Part shown: positions 44,673 through 57,310 of the stretch, one piece after another
Numbering within the stretch: the first letter of the stretch is position 1
Layout: every line of letters starts with the position of its first letter
NCBI GenBank assembly: GCA_002269645.1
Contig: NIVC01002429.1
Coordinates: 1-64,000, forward strand
Source of the DNA: Macrostomum lignano
Lineage: Eukaryota
Direction: 5' to 3'
Length of the DNA stretch: 64,000 nt
Notes under the pieces: generated by a model
Told to the model about the DNA's origin: nothing
Database searches by the model: none
The model's input: the letters and a program-made list of their open reading frames with translations, nothing else
Made by a program: the position numbers and the translations under genes

Positions 44673-45079
44673 GTAAGAGTACTTACCTAGCTTAGTTTGT
44701 CATTTATTTTTTTAATAAAAAATGGTTCAGCCTTTTTATACTTTCAAACAGCTAGTTTCTGAGTTTTAATTGACAAAAATTAATGAATCTATACAGAATA
44801 TTTTTGACTTGATAATTTTAGACCTTCATAAAGACATAATATCTATTCTTATAACTATCTATATGCAATAGAACAATCATGGAAACAGCCCTTCTAAAAT
44901 ACAGGCTAGTATCTCCCTGCCCTCTGTTAAGTATGAGCTCAAGGATTTGCTCCCTCACTAAATTTCTAATTTTTGAACTTGCAGATCTTAGGTATTATAT
45001 GGTATAATCATTATTTTATAATTTATGACTAAATTTTGATTAGCCAATAAGTCTCTTTTGCATTTTTTTTCAATTTTAG

Positions 45080-45140
45080 GGATTGACTTTACAATGCGCA
45101 CCATTGAGCTCGATGGCAAGAAAGTGAAACTTCAAGTTTG
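45080..45140 (+). CDS. RAB8: Rab8-subfamily GTPase, exon 2
   Basis: [20 protein letters not shown]; TTTTAG acceptor, GTAAG donor. Confidence 0.93.
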
Positions 45141-45348
45141 GTAAGTTCTAATCTTTATGTTTCTTTGTTTATTTATCTAACTTTATTGTTTCATTGAAGT
45201 TTCATTACAAACTTTAAGTTTGTTAAAACAAAACTCGCAGGATAAATGAGTTTAAACGAGTACAGGATATAGGCAGATCAAAACTTTTAATTGTAGGTTC
45301 TTCATTCTGAGATAGCCTTTAATAGTATAATCTCCACCTGTACCACAG

Positions 45349-45577
45349 GGACACAGCTGGTCAGGAGCGATTTCGAACTATTACCACCGCTTATTATCGT
45401 GGAGCAATGGGCATCGTCCTGGTCTATGACGTCACTGACGCCGAATCATTTGACAACATTAGCACGTGGATTAGCAACATTGATCAGCATGCTAGTAGCG
45501 ATGTAGAAAAACTGTTGCTAGCAAATAAATGTGACTTGGTCGATGAGCGAGCTGTCTCAGTGGAGCGCGGGGAGAAA
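45349..45577 (+). CDS. RAB8: Rab8-subfamily GTPase, exon 3
   Basis: [23 protein letters not shown] (Rab8/10/13 signature) and NKCD; CAG acceptor, GTACAT donor. Confidence 0.93.
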
Positions 45578-45617
45578 GTACATTTTCACTTTCTATTTAG
45601 ATAATAGGTGCCATCTT

Positions 45618-45662
45618 CTACAACTACTTTTACTACTACTACTAGTACTACTACTACTGCTG

Positions 45663-45750
<88 letters not shown>

Positions 45751-45777
45751 AAATACTACTACTACTACTACTACAAA

Positions 45778-45840
<63 letters not shown>

Positions 45841-45903
45841 AAATACTACTACTACTACTACTACTACAAATACTACTACTACTACTACTACTACTACTAC
45901 AAA

Positions 45904-45942
<39 letters not shown>

Positions 45943-45963
45943 AAATACTACTACTACTACAAA

Positions 45964-46017
<54 letters not shown>

Positions 46018-46032
46018 AAATACTACTACTGC
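45618..46032. repeat. (CTA)n microsatellite with CAAATA interruptions, filling Rab intron 3
   Basis: Directly visible. Confidence 0.97.
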
Positions 46033-46051
46033 TACCCCCAACTCCCCGCAG

Positions 46052-46321
46052 TTCGCCGCGGACAATCAAATGCGATTCTGCGAGTGCAGTGCCAAGACCG
46101 GCCAGGGCGTCCAGGAGGCTTTCACGCAGATCGCTCGCGACATCAAAGCAAAGCTCGACAGACGAAACGACGAATCCGCTGGCGCGAGCGGAGTCGCCGC
46201 CGGGGCCGGTCGAGGCGGTGGCAATTCCTCGAAACGACGATTCTTGATCGGCCGATTGCGGCGTCCTGGAGGTGGCGGTGGCAACGGCGGCGGCCACAAA
46301 ATCAAGTGCAGCCTGTTGTAG
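46052..46321 (+). CDS. RAB8: Rab8-subfamily GTPase, exon 4
   Basis: CAG acceptor; ECSAK G5 box, EAF..IARDI, C-terminal CaaX CSLL then stop. Confidence 0.92.
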   Translation, partial: FAADNQMRFCECSAKTGQGVQEAFTQIARDIKAKLDRRNDESAGASGVAAGAGRGGGNSSKRRFLIGRLRRPGGGGGNGGGHKIKCSLL

Positions 46322-49230
46322 AGGCGCTTTAATTTTGCTGTCCTTTTGTCGAATTTAATTGACCTTCATTTTGCGCCAACAAACGCTACTTATACTGCTA
46401 AAAGTAGCAAAACTCAGAAATGCGCACAGCATGACAAAAAATAAAAAGCTAGAATAAAATTTTAGGACATCATTCCTAGAATCTGATGTTTCTTGCAAGC
46501 TGCTTCTATTGATCGAGCACTTTCAATGACAGTTTTTTTACTGTATCTCCTGTCTGCATCAGCCTTTTTTCACGGCTGGAGACTGCAGGCATTTCTTTAC
46601 ACAAATTTGTGTGTGTTGATATTTAACTTTTTGTACTGTGATTTTTTCAAGACTGTAAACTAACTTCTCTAGTCACTGTAAACATTTTCACTGCACCGCT
46701 TATTTACCAGCACTTATGAGCTGACCTCGTAGCAGCAGCTTTGTTAGAAATCTGAATAAATAATTTGATACAGACCTCTGTGTGCTGAGCCAGTATTCAC
46801 TACTGGCACTACTCTATACATTGAAAAGTTTGAAGCGTTTGCATTTGATGCAGCTGTTTGTATTGCATTTGATTCGATTCGTATTTGAGTTTGACCTTTG
46901 GCCCACTACAGGCAGAGCGGCTCAGCGGTGGACGGGTTGTCTTGGCGGTTCGCACACACGAGGACCAACCCCCAAGGCACAGGGAGCGTACATGTCTGAC
47001 GATCAGAAAGTCAGGGCCGCTGTACACCCAGTATGAGCGAGTGTACGAGTGCTGTGCCTGCGTACAGTATTGGCGCGATTGTATGTGCTCACAAAAGCTC
47101 TCCTGCGACCATCTTTGACCCACGCGTCTTTCTGACTCATCTTGCCGTGTTAGTGAAGACAGTTAAAAAAAAGTATGCGCACAACTGAATCCAATGCACT
47201 AGCAGACTTACACGACAGGGCAGTTGCTATGGAAACGCCAACTCTTACAGTGTATCTTGCTGGTTACTTTATTGCTTAAATCAAATTCTAAAATGACACG
47301 AATTGAATTGGAAAGCAAGCGCAGAAGACAGGTAGCGGTTATGCAGGACTGACAGGTAACAAGCATTGGTGAATATAATTTGTACAGGAGCATAATGTTA
47401 AAAAAACGCTTATTAATTCATCCCACGCATTTAGTATGAAAATCTGATTTATGACACCATTTATCCATTGGTTGGTTTTTCAGGAAAGGTTTATGAAACA
47501 CGGCAGCAATGAAAGGAGAGCTGGGCTGGTAGACTGACAGACAGACAAACAAGCAAGTTTTTGTCATGATTTCGATAATTTTCCCGTTGAATAGGGTAAA
47601 CTCGTAATACTACTTATTAACGTGTATGATAGTAGTATCAAACGCATTGTTACAGTTCTGGTTTCAACATGCAAAAATAGCATTTTCTAATCGGTTTTGA
47701 CAGCTGCTTAAATCCGTTATTGAACTAGAACAAAAATGGACAAAGAAGGTCACTGCAACTGATTACACGGAGATATACATGTTCTTCTGGGACATGAACA
47801 GCTTCAGCAATCGCAGGAATCGATAGTTTATTAAAAAAAGATAATTGGCAAGATAAAAAACTGGTTATAATAATTGCATTGATATATGTAGATGATAAAT
47901 ATAGACTGCAGTTTTGCTGGAGGTAGCTTATGACAACAATAAACTCAGGTAGTTACTAAACTTTGTTCCTAATCGCTCTCAAGTATGCGTTGAAAATGTA
48001 ATTAGAAATCATTTTGAATAGCTTCTTGTAAGGGCAGTGTTTTTAATTGGCAGGTGTTTTTGTAACTGCCTAAATTGAAATTTACTCAAGCGTCTTCTGA
48101 AATCTCTGCTTTCAGCGTCATTAAAATTTCTAATACTTGGTTGATTTGACTCGCTTTCCACGGATGTCTCCCGCTTTTTCAGCAGAAACAAATCTCAACA
48201 AATTTGAAATAAATTTTCAAGTCCAGAAGGGGAAATATATTAGTGAATTTTATCTTGCAAAGTGCAGAGCCCTTCTGCTTCATGAATCTACTCCGAGAAT
48301 TGCCGTTTTCTTAGGAGTAGAACGCATTTGCCGCGTTTGAGGATTTGGGTTTTTTAGAGAGCAAAGAAAAGTGGAACGCTTGTCCTCAACTTGAGTCTCT
48401 CCCACCCCCCCCCCCCGGGATTGGCACCACTCAGTCTCGGGCGGCACTCTGTGATGAAGATAAAGCTGAGCTGCCCAGCCGCTGCCGCGCCGCCGCCTTC
48501 ATGGCGACAGTGAAGGGGAAGACGCTTAGAGATGCGGGCGGGAGGCTGGGGGAGGCCGACTCAGCTCTGGTCTCCTTTTGTACCGGCTAATCATCTAGAG
48601 AAATTCCGCAATACATTTCTTGTCAGCTCTCTAGGTTCATCCGCATATGCATTTTTTTCGCTAAATCCCCTCGACTCAGTTTATCGCTCGCCGCAGCAAG
48701 AGAATTAGCTGGCTAAGTGGGAAAATCAGAAATTGCTTAATAACAGCAGAGAGATCAGGGGTTCGACACCGGCCTTAACATAACACTCGCGCTTACTTCA
48801 ACTACAAAGGCAGATTAGCGGTTTGTCTGTCTGCCCTACCTGTCTCTGTCTGTCCAATAGGCTGCACCAGCCTGCTCAGCATTGATTGACAGGTGAATTA
48901 GGGGGGGGGGGATGAGCCGCGGCGGCGCTCAGATATGCATTGGCTGGAAGTCGCCAGTCTGTCTGTCTGGCGGAGGCGGCATTGGCAACACTCTGGGGCG
49001 AGGGGGAGAGAGGGGGAGAAGGCGGAACGAGGCGGGGCTGAGAGAACGATTGAGAGTCCCAAAACTTTTCTCCCAACAAGCCTACATCCCCTTCCCCCCT
49101 TAAACCCTAGCAGCCCAAATCCAGTCCATCTCTCTCAGGTCTGTAAATTTCGTCTATTATTTGCATTCACAGAGGCGGCTCGGCCGGCGGCAGTTGGCGG
49201 CCCAGCAGCAGCCTGGATGGCGGGATTTTG

Positions 49231-49272
49231 TCAGGTTGTGAGCAGCGGCTCAGGCACAGGTGCAGCCGGGTT
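49231..49272 (-). CDS. AHR: AHR-like gene, putative last coding exon (NPAAPVPEPLLTT*)
   Basis: CTCTCATTGCAG acceptor and phase-0 continuity only; no motif support. Confidence 0.45.
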   Translation of the reverse strand, partial: NPAAPVPEPLLTT

Positions 49273-49951
49273 CTGCAATGAGAGAAACACAGAGAGGGAG
49301 TAGATGTCATTGCGTATTTTAAAGGCAAAGCTCCAAGCCTAAGATAGAATTAATTTGCCAAAATTTGCGCTGGACACGACAAGACAGACACGCTAGCTGT
49401 CAAGTTGCATTAGATTCTAATTAGATTCTTATTACTGGAGTTGATGGCTCTGAATAAGGCGCTGTTGCATTCAAGGAACATGAGCATTGTTTCTGCGTTG
49501 CTAACTTTAAGATTGAACGTGACTGTTTTTTTAATTGATGCGCTTTTGCACACATAGTTACAGATTGTTTGTTTGAATATGCGATTTTGTTTCTATTGAT
49601 TTTTTTCAAATTCGTGCACACTCGTCGTTCATTGAAGGTTCCGACCATAGACAATTGATACTGAATTTCCAAAGTTATTTGAATAGAGGATTTTGTTTTT
49701 ATTAAATTTCCACAAGCTTTTTTTGGTGCAAAGTATGTGAATTAGGAAATTGCCTTTGTTTGAATGACATGGCAGTTTGTTTCTTGGAAAGTGACTTTGT
49801 TTGAATTAAACTCATTTGAGTTATTTCAATCGAATTTCTGATATAGTTTGGATTAAATTCGACTTTGTTCAAAATTGGAGGTAAAATGGTGCATTTGTCT
49901 GTGGTAAAACCCCTTTCAGTCACTTGTTCACCCCCGGAATAATGTACTCAC

Positions 49952-50072
49952 ATGATGATGATGATGATGCCCATAGGCTAAGCCGCCTTCGCTGCCGGGA
50001 TGCTGGGGCAGGTCAGAGCCCGGCTTCCACATGGAGTTGCGAACGACAGACACCGGGATTGAGGACTGGCTT
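49952..50072 (-). CDS. AHR: AHR-like gene, C-terminal exon (…GHHHHHH)
   Basis: CAG acceptor and GTGAG donor; phase 2 to 0 fits the previous exon. Confidence 0.65.
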
Positions 50073-50295
50073 CTGCGGGAATCGTAATTCGGAAAATATT
50101 TCTTTGCTAAAGCCTCTGTTAAGTATCTCCAAGGTTACCGAAATTTATCTAACGCTTGAGTCTGTTTAAGAACGTAGAAAGCAGCAATAATGTTTGCTAA
50201 TTATTTTTCAATTCAAATTTTCAATTTCGCAAGAAATCTAAAATTCGAACTTTTTCTAAGAAACAAAGTTCTTATTTTCCGAAAGTTTTCCTCAC

Positions 50296-50987
50296 CTGCC
50301 GTAGCCGTCCACGGAAGTGGCGTCAGAGGCGTAGCCGCGATATGCCGGATCGCCGCAGCCTCCGCTGATGTAGGCGGACGTCAGCGGCGGCGCATGCGAG
50401 GAATGCGTGGGCGGCGGGGGCGGATGCTGCGGCGGAGGCGGCGGAGGCAGCAGCGGAGGCGGCGGTGGACTGGCAACCGGAAGGGAGGCGTCGAACTTGG
50501 CGGCCCGCAGCAGGTCGCCCATGTGCGCCGGGTGCTGGTAGGGGGAGAGGTCGGCGAAGGGGCCGGACAGATCGGCGGGAGGAGCCGGAGACAGCTGAGG
50601 ATGCTGCTGCTGGTGATGATGATGATGCTGATGATGCTGGTGATGCTGATGGTGCAGCTGGTGCTGATGATTCTGCTGAGGCTGATAAGTCTGAAAGGCG
50701 ATTGGCTGGTAGGCGGAGCAGTCGACCCCCGCGTAACCATAGTAACCGGACGGATGGCCCGGGGCCGAGGAGCCGGACTGGAACCCCTGCCGGTAGGCGT
50801 CGGGACCGGCGTGCTCCGAGGAGAAGTGCAGCGCGGTGGCGGCCAGGTAGGGGCTGGGATTGGCGCAGAAGAAGCCGGAGTGGCCCTGGAACGGCGCCAG
50901 AGTGGCGAATGGCGAATAGGAGCTGTAGCCCATGTCCCTGTAGGGCGCCTTGCGCTTCCTGCTGGCCTGCAGGTAGTCCTTCAGCTG

Positions 50988-51020
<33 letters not shown>

Positions 51021-51116
51021 GCCGCCAGCTCCGGCGACGCTACCGGCAGAGCCGCTGGTAACCGCCGCTGTCGCTGCTGCCGCCGCCGCAGCTCTCTTGG
51101 CTGCTCCGCCACGCTT

Positions 51117-51148
<32 letters not shown>

Positions 51149-51294
51149 TGCCACCGCCGCCGAGGCCGCCGGCCGGACATTCCTGGCCGAATCCTTCGAT
51201 TTCGTCGCTTAGAGCCGTTTCCGGTTCGAGTAGCGGAAATGGCAGCTTGTACTCCGAGTTGCGCTTGGCCATGAGCTCGGCGCCCTCCTCTTCG
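50296..51294 (-). CDS. AHR: AHR-like gene, large exon: end of PAS-B region plus Gly/Ala/His/Gln/Pro-rich putative transactivation domain
   Basis: EEEGAELMAKRN..KLPF matches the AHR DEEG.EHL.KR...LPF motif; TTCCAG acceptor, GTGAG donor. Confidence 0.88.
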
Positions 51295-51339
51295 CTGGAA
51301 TTCATGGTTGAGTATTTTTTTAATTGGGAAAGCTGTTTT

Positions 51340-51835
51340 ATCTTCAAGCTGTGTGTAAGGAAATGTACACTAGGCCTGCTACCCTGGGATTGGGGGGTGG
51401 CAATGTACACAAGGCCTGCTACCCTGGGATTGGGGGGTGGCAATGTACACAAGGCCTGCTACCCTGGGATTGGGGGGTGGCAATGTACACAAGGCCTGCA
51501 AGCCTGGGATTGTGGGGGAGGGGTGGCAATGTACACTAGGCCTGCTACCCTGGGATTGGGGGGGTGGCAATGTACACTAGGCCTGCTACCCTGGGATTGG
51601 GGGGTGACAATGTACACTAGGCCTGCTACCCTGAGATTGGAGGAGGGGTGGCAATGTACACTAGGCCTGCTAGCCTGGGATCGGGGAGAGGTGGCAATGT
51701 ACACTAGGTCTTCTAGTCTGGGATTGGGGGAAGGGGTGGCAATGTACATTAGGTCTTCTAGTCTGGGATTGGGGGAGGGTGGCAATGTACACTATGCCTT
51801 CTAGCCTGGGATTGGGGGTGGCACTGTACATTAGC
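51340..51835. repeat. 40-bp G-rich minisatellite (GGGATTGGGGGGTGGCAATGTACAC(T/A)AGGCCTGCTACCCT)
   Basis: 40-nt periodicity (51386, 51426, ...); fills an AHR intron. Confidence 0.92.
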
Positions 51836-51847
51836 TCCCTTACTCAC

Positions 51848-51989
51848 CTGAGCTGCCTGTGAGTACAGATAATGCACTCCTGTTTGCCGCCTTTGAGCAC
51901 AATTTTCAAGCTCGACTGCAGCCAAATCCATTTGCCCGACTTGCTCAGCCAACGGCAGACAAGCAGGCCGAGAGAGTGCCTCTTTAGTA
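51848..51989 (-). CDS. AHR: AHR-like gene, PAS-B/PAC exon
   Basis: RWLSKSGKWIWLQSS...IICTHRQL; canonical splice sites and phases fit. Confidence 0.9.
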
Positions 51990-52083
51990 CTGGACAGAAT
52001 GTTGAATGGTTTATTGTTATTAAATAAGAATGTACACATACTGTAGATTATTCGTTAAAAAATATGTCAGTCACAAAACTCAC

Positions 52084-52190
52084 GCAGCTCGTGGCCTCTG
52101 GCCGCATAAGCCAGGTCGCTGGGATGCAGGATGTGGTAGAATCTCAGTTCGTTCATCTCCTTTTCTGAGTAGCCCAGGATCACTTTGGCT
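52084..52190 (-). CDS. AHR: AHR-like gene, PAS-B exon
   Basis: AKVILGYSEKE...YHILHPSDLAYAARGH; canonical splice sites. Confidence 0.9.
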
Positions 52191-53016
52191 CTGAATAATA
52201 ATGTTGAAAATGTTTAACTAGGTTTAGAATTTATTTTAACAAAATATCGCTTTCAATTATTTAACCGAGTAAGCTGCTGGTAACGCTAGGAAGAGGTTCC
52301 CAGGCCATCATCATCGGTGCATGAATTGCTAAGCGTTCTGCTCCCTGCTCCTCCTCCCAGTTAGAACTCCATCCGGAGAGATCCTTGCTCCCACTCCCCG
52401 CCCCCACTTCACTCCCATTACAGACGACCTCCCGCGGCGACCCCAATGTTCCGTAACTGCCCCGGCTCCGAAGCACGCAAGATGCTCACAGGCTCGTCCG
52501 TGAATGGCTATTCAGGTTTTGTATGATGAGGTTTTTTGTGCTGTGTTGTGTTGCAATTATTGTATGCCCCAGCATGAGACTTGATGACAAATGAGAGCAA
52601 AGTTTGCAAACATTTGGGGAACACGGGAGCGCGTTAGCGCAGCGGGTGGGGGGACGGCAGTTGAAGAAATTTTCGTTAAAAATTGTCGTAGCCATTTTCC
52701 CACCTCTCGTCAGCGTCGACAGGGTTTTGGTTGCCGCGGCCCTCATCACGGCATCCCCCCCCCCCTCCCTAGCGAGAGGATGGAGACAAAAGCTCAGCGC
52801 TCTGTTATGGTTTTGCAGGTGTTTTGTAGCGCCAAGCAATTAGCTCACCGCGAGGGCGAGGGAGGGGGGCGGTTGACTCGAGGGGTTTTAGCGAGAGCTC
52901 GCAACAAAATCCTAGCAATAATTTTTCCCACTGTGCGACACGCAGCCTCATCATCATGGTCGTCAGCTGCTCCCCGCGCCGAAATTGGATTCGACAAAGT
53001 TTGACGATTCACAAAT

Positions 53017-53252
<236 letters not shown>

Positions 53253-53289
53253 ATTAAATGAGAGTCCACAATCAGAGCCGGTAGCTCAC

Positions 53290-53477
53290 CGCACATCCAT
53301 GCTGACAATGTTCATATTCAGCCGGTGCTTGGACTTAAACGTGAGATCCTTCTGCGCCGCGTCCAGGCTGGGGATGGGGCCGAACGGGCTGCACACGGCG
53401 AAGAGGGCAACCTGAGCGTTCGGCGACTTTTTCGGCTGACCCTGCAGCTTCTGAATTCGACCGCTGATCTCCAGAGT
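53290..53477 (-). CDS. AHR: AHR-like gene, PAS-A/PAS-B junction exon
   Basis: TLEISGRIQKLQGQ...VALFAVCSP...FKSKHRLN; canonical splice sites. Confidence 0.9.
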
Positions 53478-53904
53478 CTGGGCAAATTTTATTGGGATAA
53501 AAAATTTTATTTAGCGAGATTTTATCAAGTTCAGGAAACAACAGACAGAACAGTTTTTTTCATTAAGAAAATTGTCAGGGTCCTAACCTAACAAAAAAGA
53601 GCAACATTAATAGTCTTATTGTTTTGGGGAAACATTTTTTCTTGCTGTGCTGTCTATCGGCGCTTTTAGAGCAGAATTTTTTAAAGAAAAAAGACAAACA
53701 AATTGGGGAAACTGTTGGAGATAAAAAAGTTTCTGGCAGAAGTTCCACGCTGTTTTGATTAATAGACAATTGCGGAACTGCCTTGCTGGCGAAACAGTCG
53801 TGAATCAGCCATTCCAATATGCATGGATTTGCTTTTTGTGTGCCAGAACAGTTTGCTATTCCGTTTTTTAAAGAGAATTTTTATAGCGGGGGCAAAGTCT
53901 TCCT

Positions 53905-55315
53905 GAACTGCAGTAGTTAGAACTGTCTATGGTAGATTCTACTAAAACCGCCAGAGTAGTTAGAAATGTCTATGGTAGATTCTCCTAAAACTGTCAGAGT
54001 AGTTAGAACTGTCTATGGTAGATTCTACTAAAACCGCCAGAGTAGTTAGAAATGTCTATGGTAGATTCTCCTAAAACTGCCAGAGTAGTTAGAACTGTCT
54101 ATGGTAGATTCTACTAAAACTGCCAGAGTAGTTAGAACTGTCTATGGTAGATTCTCCCAAAACTGCAAGAGTAGTTAGAAATGTCTATGGTAGATTCTAC
54201 TAAAACTGCCAGAGTAGTTAGAACTGTCTATGGTGGATTCTCCTAAAACTGCCAGAGTAGTTAGAACTGTCTATGGTAGATTCTACTAAAACTGTCAGAG
54301 TAGTTAGAACTGTCTATGGTAGATTCTCCTAAAACTGCCAGAGTAGTTAGAACTGTCTATGGTAGATTCTACTAAAACTGCCAGAGTAGTTAGAACTGTC
54401 TATGGTAGATTCTCCTAAAACTGCCAGAGTAGTTAGAACTGTCTATGGTAGATTCTCCTAAAACTGCCAGAGTAGTTAGAACTGTCTATGGTAGATTCTA
54501 CTAAAACTGTCAGAGTAGTTAGAACTGTCTATGGTAGATTCTCCTAAAACTGCCAGAGTAGTTAGAACTGTCTATGGTAGATTCTACTAAAACTGCCAGA
54601 GTAGTTAGAACTGTCTATGGTGGATTCTCCTAAAACTGCCAGAGTAGTTAGAACTGTCTATGGTGGATTCTCCTAAAACTGCCAGAGTAGTTAGAACTGT
54701 CTATGGTAGATTCTACTAAAACTGCCAGAGTAGTTAGAACTGTCTATGGTAGATTCTACTAAAACCGCCAGAGTAGTTAGAAATGTCTATGGTAGATTCT
54801 CCTAAAACTGTCAGAGTAGTTAGAACTGTCTATGGTAGATTCTACTAAAACCGCCAGAGTAGTTAGAAATGTCTATGGTAGATTCTCCTAAAACTGTCAG
54901 AGTAGTTAGAACTGTCTATGGTAGATTCTCCTAAAACTGCCAGAGTAGTTAGAAATGTCTATGGTAGATTCTCCTAAAACTGTCAGAGTAGTTAGAACTG
55001 TCTATGGTAGATTCTCCCAAAACTTCCAGAGTAGTTAGACCTGTCTATGGTAGATTCTCCTAAAACTGCCAGAGTAGTTAGAACTGTCTATGGTAGATTC
55101 TACTAAAACTGTCAGAGTAGTTAGAACTGTCTATGGTAGATTCTACTAAAACTGCCAGAGTAGTTAGAACTGTCTATGGTAGATTCTACTAAAACTGCCA
55201 GAGTAGTTAGAACTGTCTATGGTAGATTCTACTAAAACTGCCAGAGTAGTTAGAAATGTCTATGGTAGATTCTACTAAAACTGCCAGAGTAGTTAGAACT
55301 GTCTATGGTAGATTC
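53905..55315. repeat. 43-bp minisatellite (AGAGTAGTTAGAACTGTCTATGGTAGATTCT(A/C)CTAAAACTGCC), about 33 units
   Basis: 43-nt periodicity (54125, 54168, ...). Confidence 0.96.
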
Positions 55316-55399
55316 GCATCACAAACAGACACTGGCGGATTATGGCTTGTCAGATAAATCCAGCAAGCGCTGATCAAAAATGTCCAGCCCCAGACTCAC

Positions 55400-55479
55400 A
55401 ATGAACCCGGAAGTATTATCCAATAAGCACCGAAACCTGACGGTAAAACTTCTCTGCAGATTGGCGCTGCTGTTCGAGT
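55400..55479 (-). CDS. AHR: AHR-like gene, 80-bp PAS-A exon
   Basis: LQRSFTVRFRCLLDNTSGFI, the highly conserved AHR R.RCLLDN.SGF motif; CAG acceptor and GTGAG donor. Confidence 0.95.
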
Positions 55480-55692
55480 CTGGAAATTCACGGAGTTGCA
55501 AAATATTTTAGTTATCAAATTTCAGGAAGGACTCGTAATGGTTCGAGATCCTATCTTGAAAGCGGGCAAAGAGCGGAAGGCGGGAAACTTCCGTTTTTTT
55601 CCCCAGCAATTTTCGTTCCCGTTCGGAGAGATCGCCATGTAGGAGGGGGTTACGCGGGCGGTTGGGAACATGGATTTTAAGCCCTCAAAAAG

Positions 55693-55732
<40 letters not shown>

Positions 55733-56184
55733 CGTTTTGAGTTTCCCGGCTTTGCGTGCGGCCCCACTGCTTCTGTTGGGGGGGGGGTTGAGTTTCCTGT
55801 AAAATTATCGTAGCCAGGAGCGGGTACAGTATTAATAAGCATAAGACCTCAGCCGTTTATATGCTTGGCGTCAAGGCGACCTGCGTGCGGTAACCGAATT
55901 TGACATCCTGACAAAATTGTCGGCAAATCTGTGCGTAAATATATTCTCCAAGCAGATGCTCAAGCTATCAATATTGTCCACATAAAAACAAGAAGTTATT
56001 TTTCATGTCCTTCTGTCACGATGATTTTTTATGTAAAATATTGTGAAGGCGTGGCGGCTTGGGTCTGACCAAGATTCCAGCCCTGCTGTTTTATAGCCAT
56101 GTTTCACAATTTTAATGCTTTTTTCATGCCTTTCCTTGCTTCGGTTGGTAATGCTAATTGATCTGACTGCTAATTTTAAACCTA

Positions 56185-57300
56185 CCGAAACTACCATTCT
56201 AACAAAATTACCATTCTACTAAAACTACCATTCTAGCAAAACTACCATTCTAGCAATCCTACCATTCTACCAAAACTACCATTCTATCAAAACTACCATT
56301 CTACTAAAACTACCATTCTAGCAATCCTACCATTCTACCAAAACTACCATTCTATCAAAACTACCATTCTACTAAAACTACCATTCTAGCAATCCTACCA
56401 TTCTACCAAAACTACCATTCTACCAAAACTACCAATTCTACCAAAACTATCATTCTACCAAAACTACCAATTCTACCAAAGCTACCAATTCTACCAAAGC
56501 TACCAATTCTAGCAAAATTACCATTCTACCAAAACTACCATTCTACAAAACTACCATTCTAGCAAAACTACCAATTTTAGCAAAACTACCATTCTACCAA
56601 AACTACCATTCTACCAAAACTACCATTCTACCAAAGCTACCAATTCTAGCAAAATTACCATTCTACCAAAACTACCATTCTACAAAACTACCATTCTAGC
56701 AAAACTACCAATTTTAGCAAAACTACCATTCTACCAAAACTACCATTCTACCAAAACTACCATTCTACCAAAATTACCATTCTACTAAAACGACCATTCT
56801 AGCAAAACTACCATTCTAGCAAAACTACCATTCTAACAAAATTACCATTCTACTAAAACTACCATTCTAGCAAAACTAGGAGGGTTTGGTAATGCTAATT
56901 GATCTGACTGCTAATTTTAAACCTACCGAAACTACCATTCTACCAAATCTACCATTCTAACAAAATTACCATTCTACTAAAACTACCACTCTACCAAATC
57001 TACCATTCTAACAAAACTACCATTCTACCAAAACTACCATTCTAACAAAATTACCATTCTACTAAAACTACCATTCTACCAAAACTACCATTCTACCAAA
57101 TCTACCATTCTAACAAAACTACCATTCTACCAAAACTACCATTCTACCAAAACTACCATTCTACCAAAACTACCATTCTACTAAAACTACCATTCTACCA
57201 AAACTACCATTCTACCAAAACTACCATTCTACCAAAACTACCATTCTACCAAAACTACCATTCTACCAAAACTACCATTCTACCAAAACTACCATTCTAC
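56185..57300. repeat. 17-bp minisatellite (AAAACTACCATTCTACC) with an internal duplicated unique spacer
   Basis: 17-nt periodicity (57183, 57200, ...). Confidence 0.95.
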
Positions 57301-57310
57301 CAGCGCTCAC

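Noticed and set aside
45531-46321. Poly-Thr/Leu/Val/Ser ORFs
   Set aside because: Translations of the intronic (CTA)n. Reading through the exon-3 donor hits TAA at 45602-45604, so no poly-Thr Rab isoform arises by simple intron retention.
48703-48775. tRNA gene (A-box TGGCTAAGTGG at 48710, B-box GGTTCGACACC at 48760)
   Set aside because: The box spacing is tRNA-like, but the acceptor, anticodon and T stems do not pair; at most a degenerate tRNA-derived SINE head. tRNAscan-SE would settle it.
53905-55315. CRISPR-like array (regular 43-bp periodicity; likewise the 37-bp palindromic array)
   Set aside because: Units are contiguous with no unique spacers, there are no cas genes, and the context is a eukaryotic intron.
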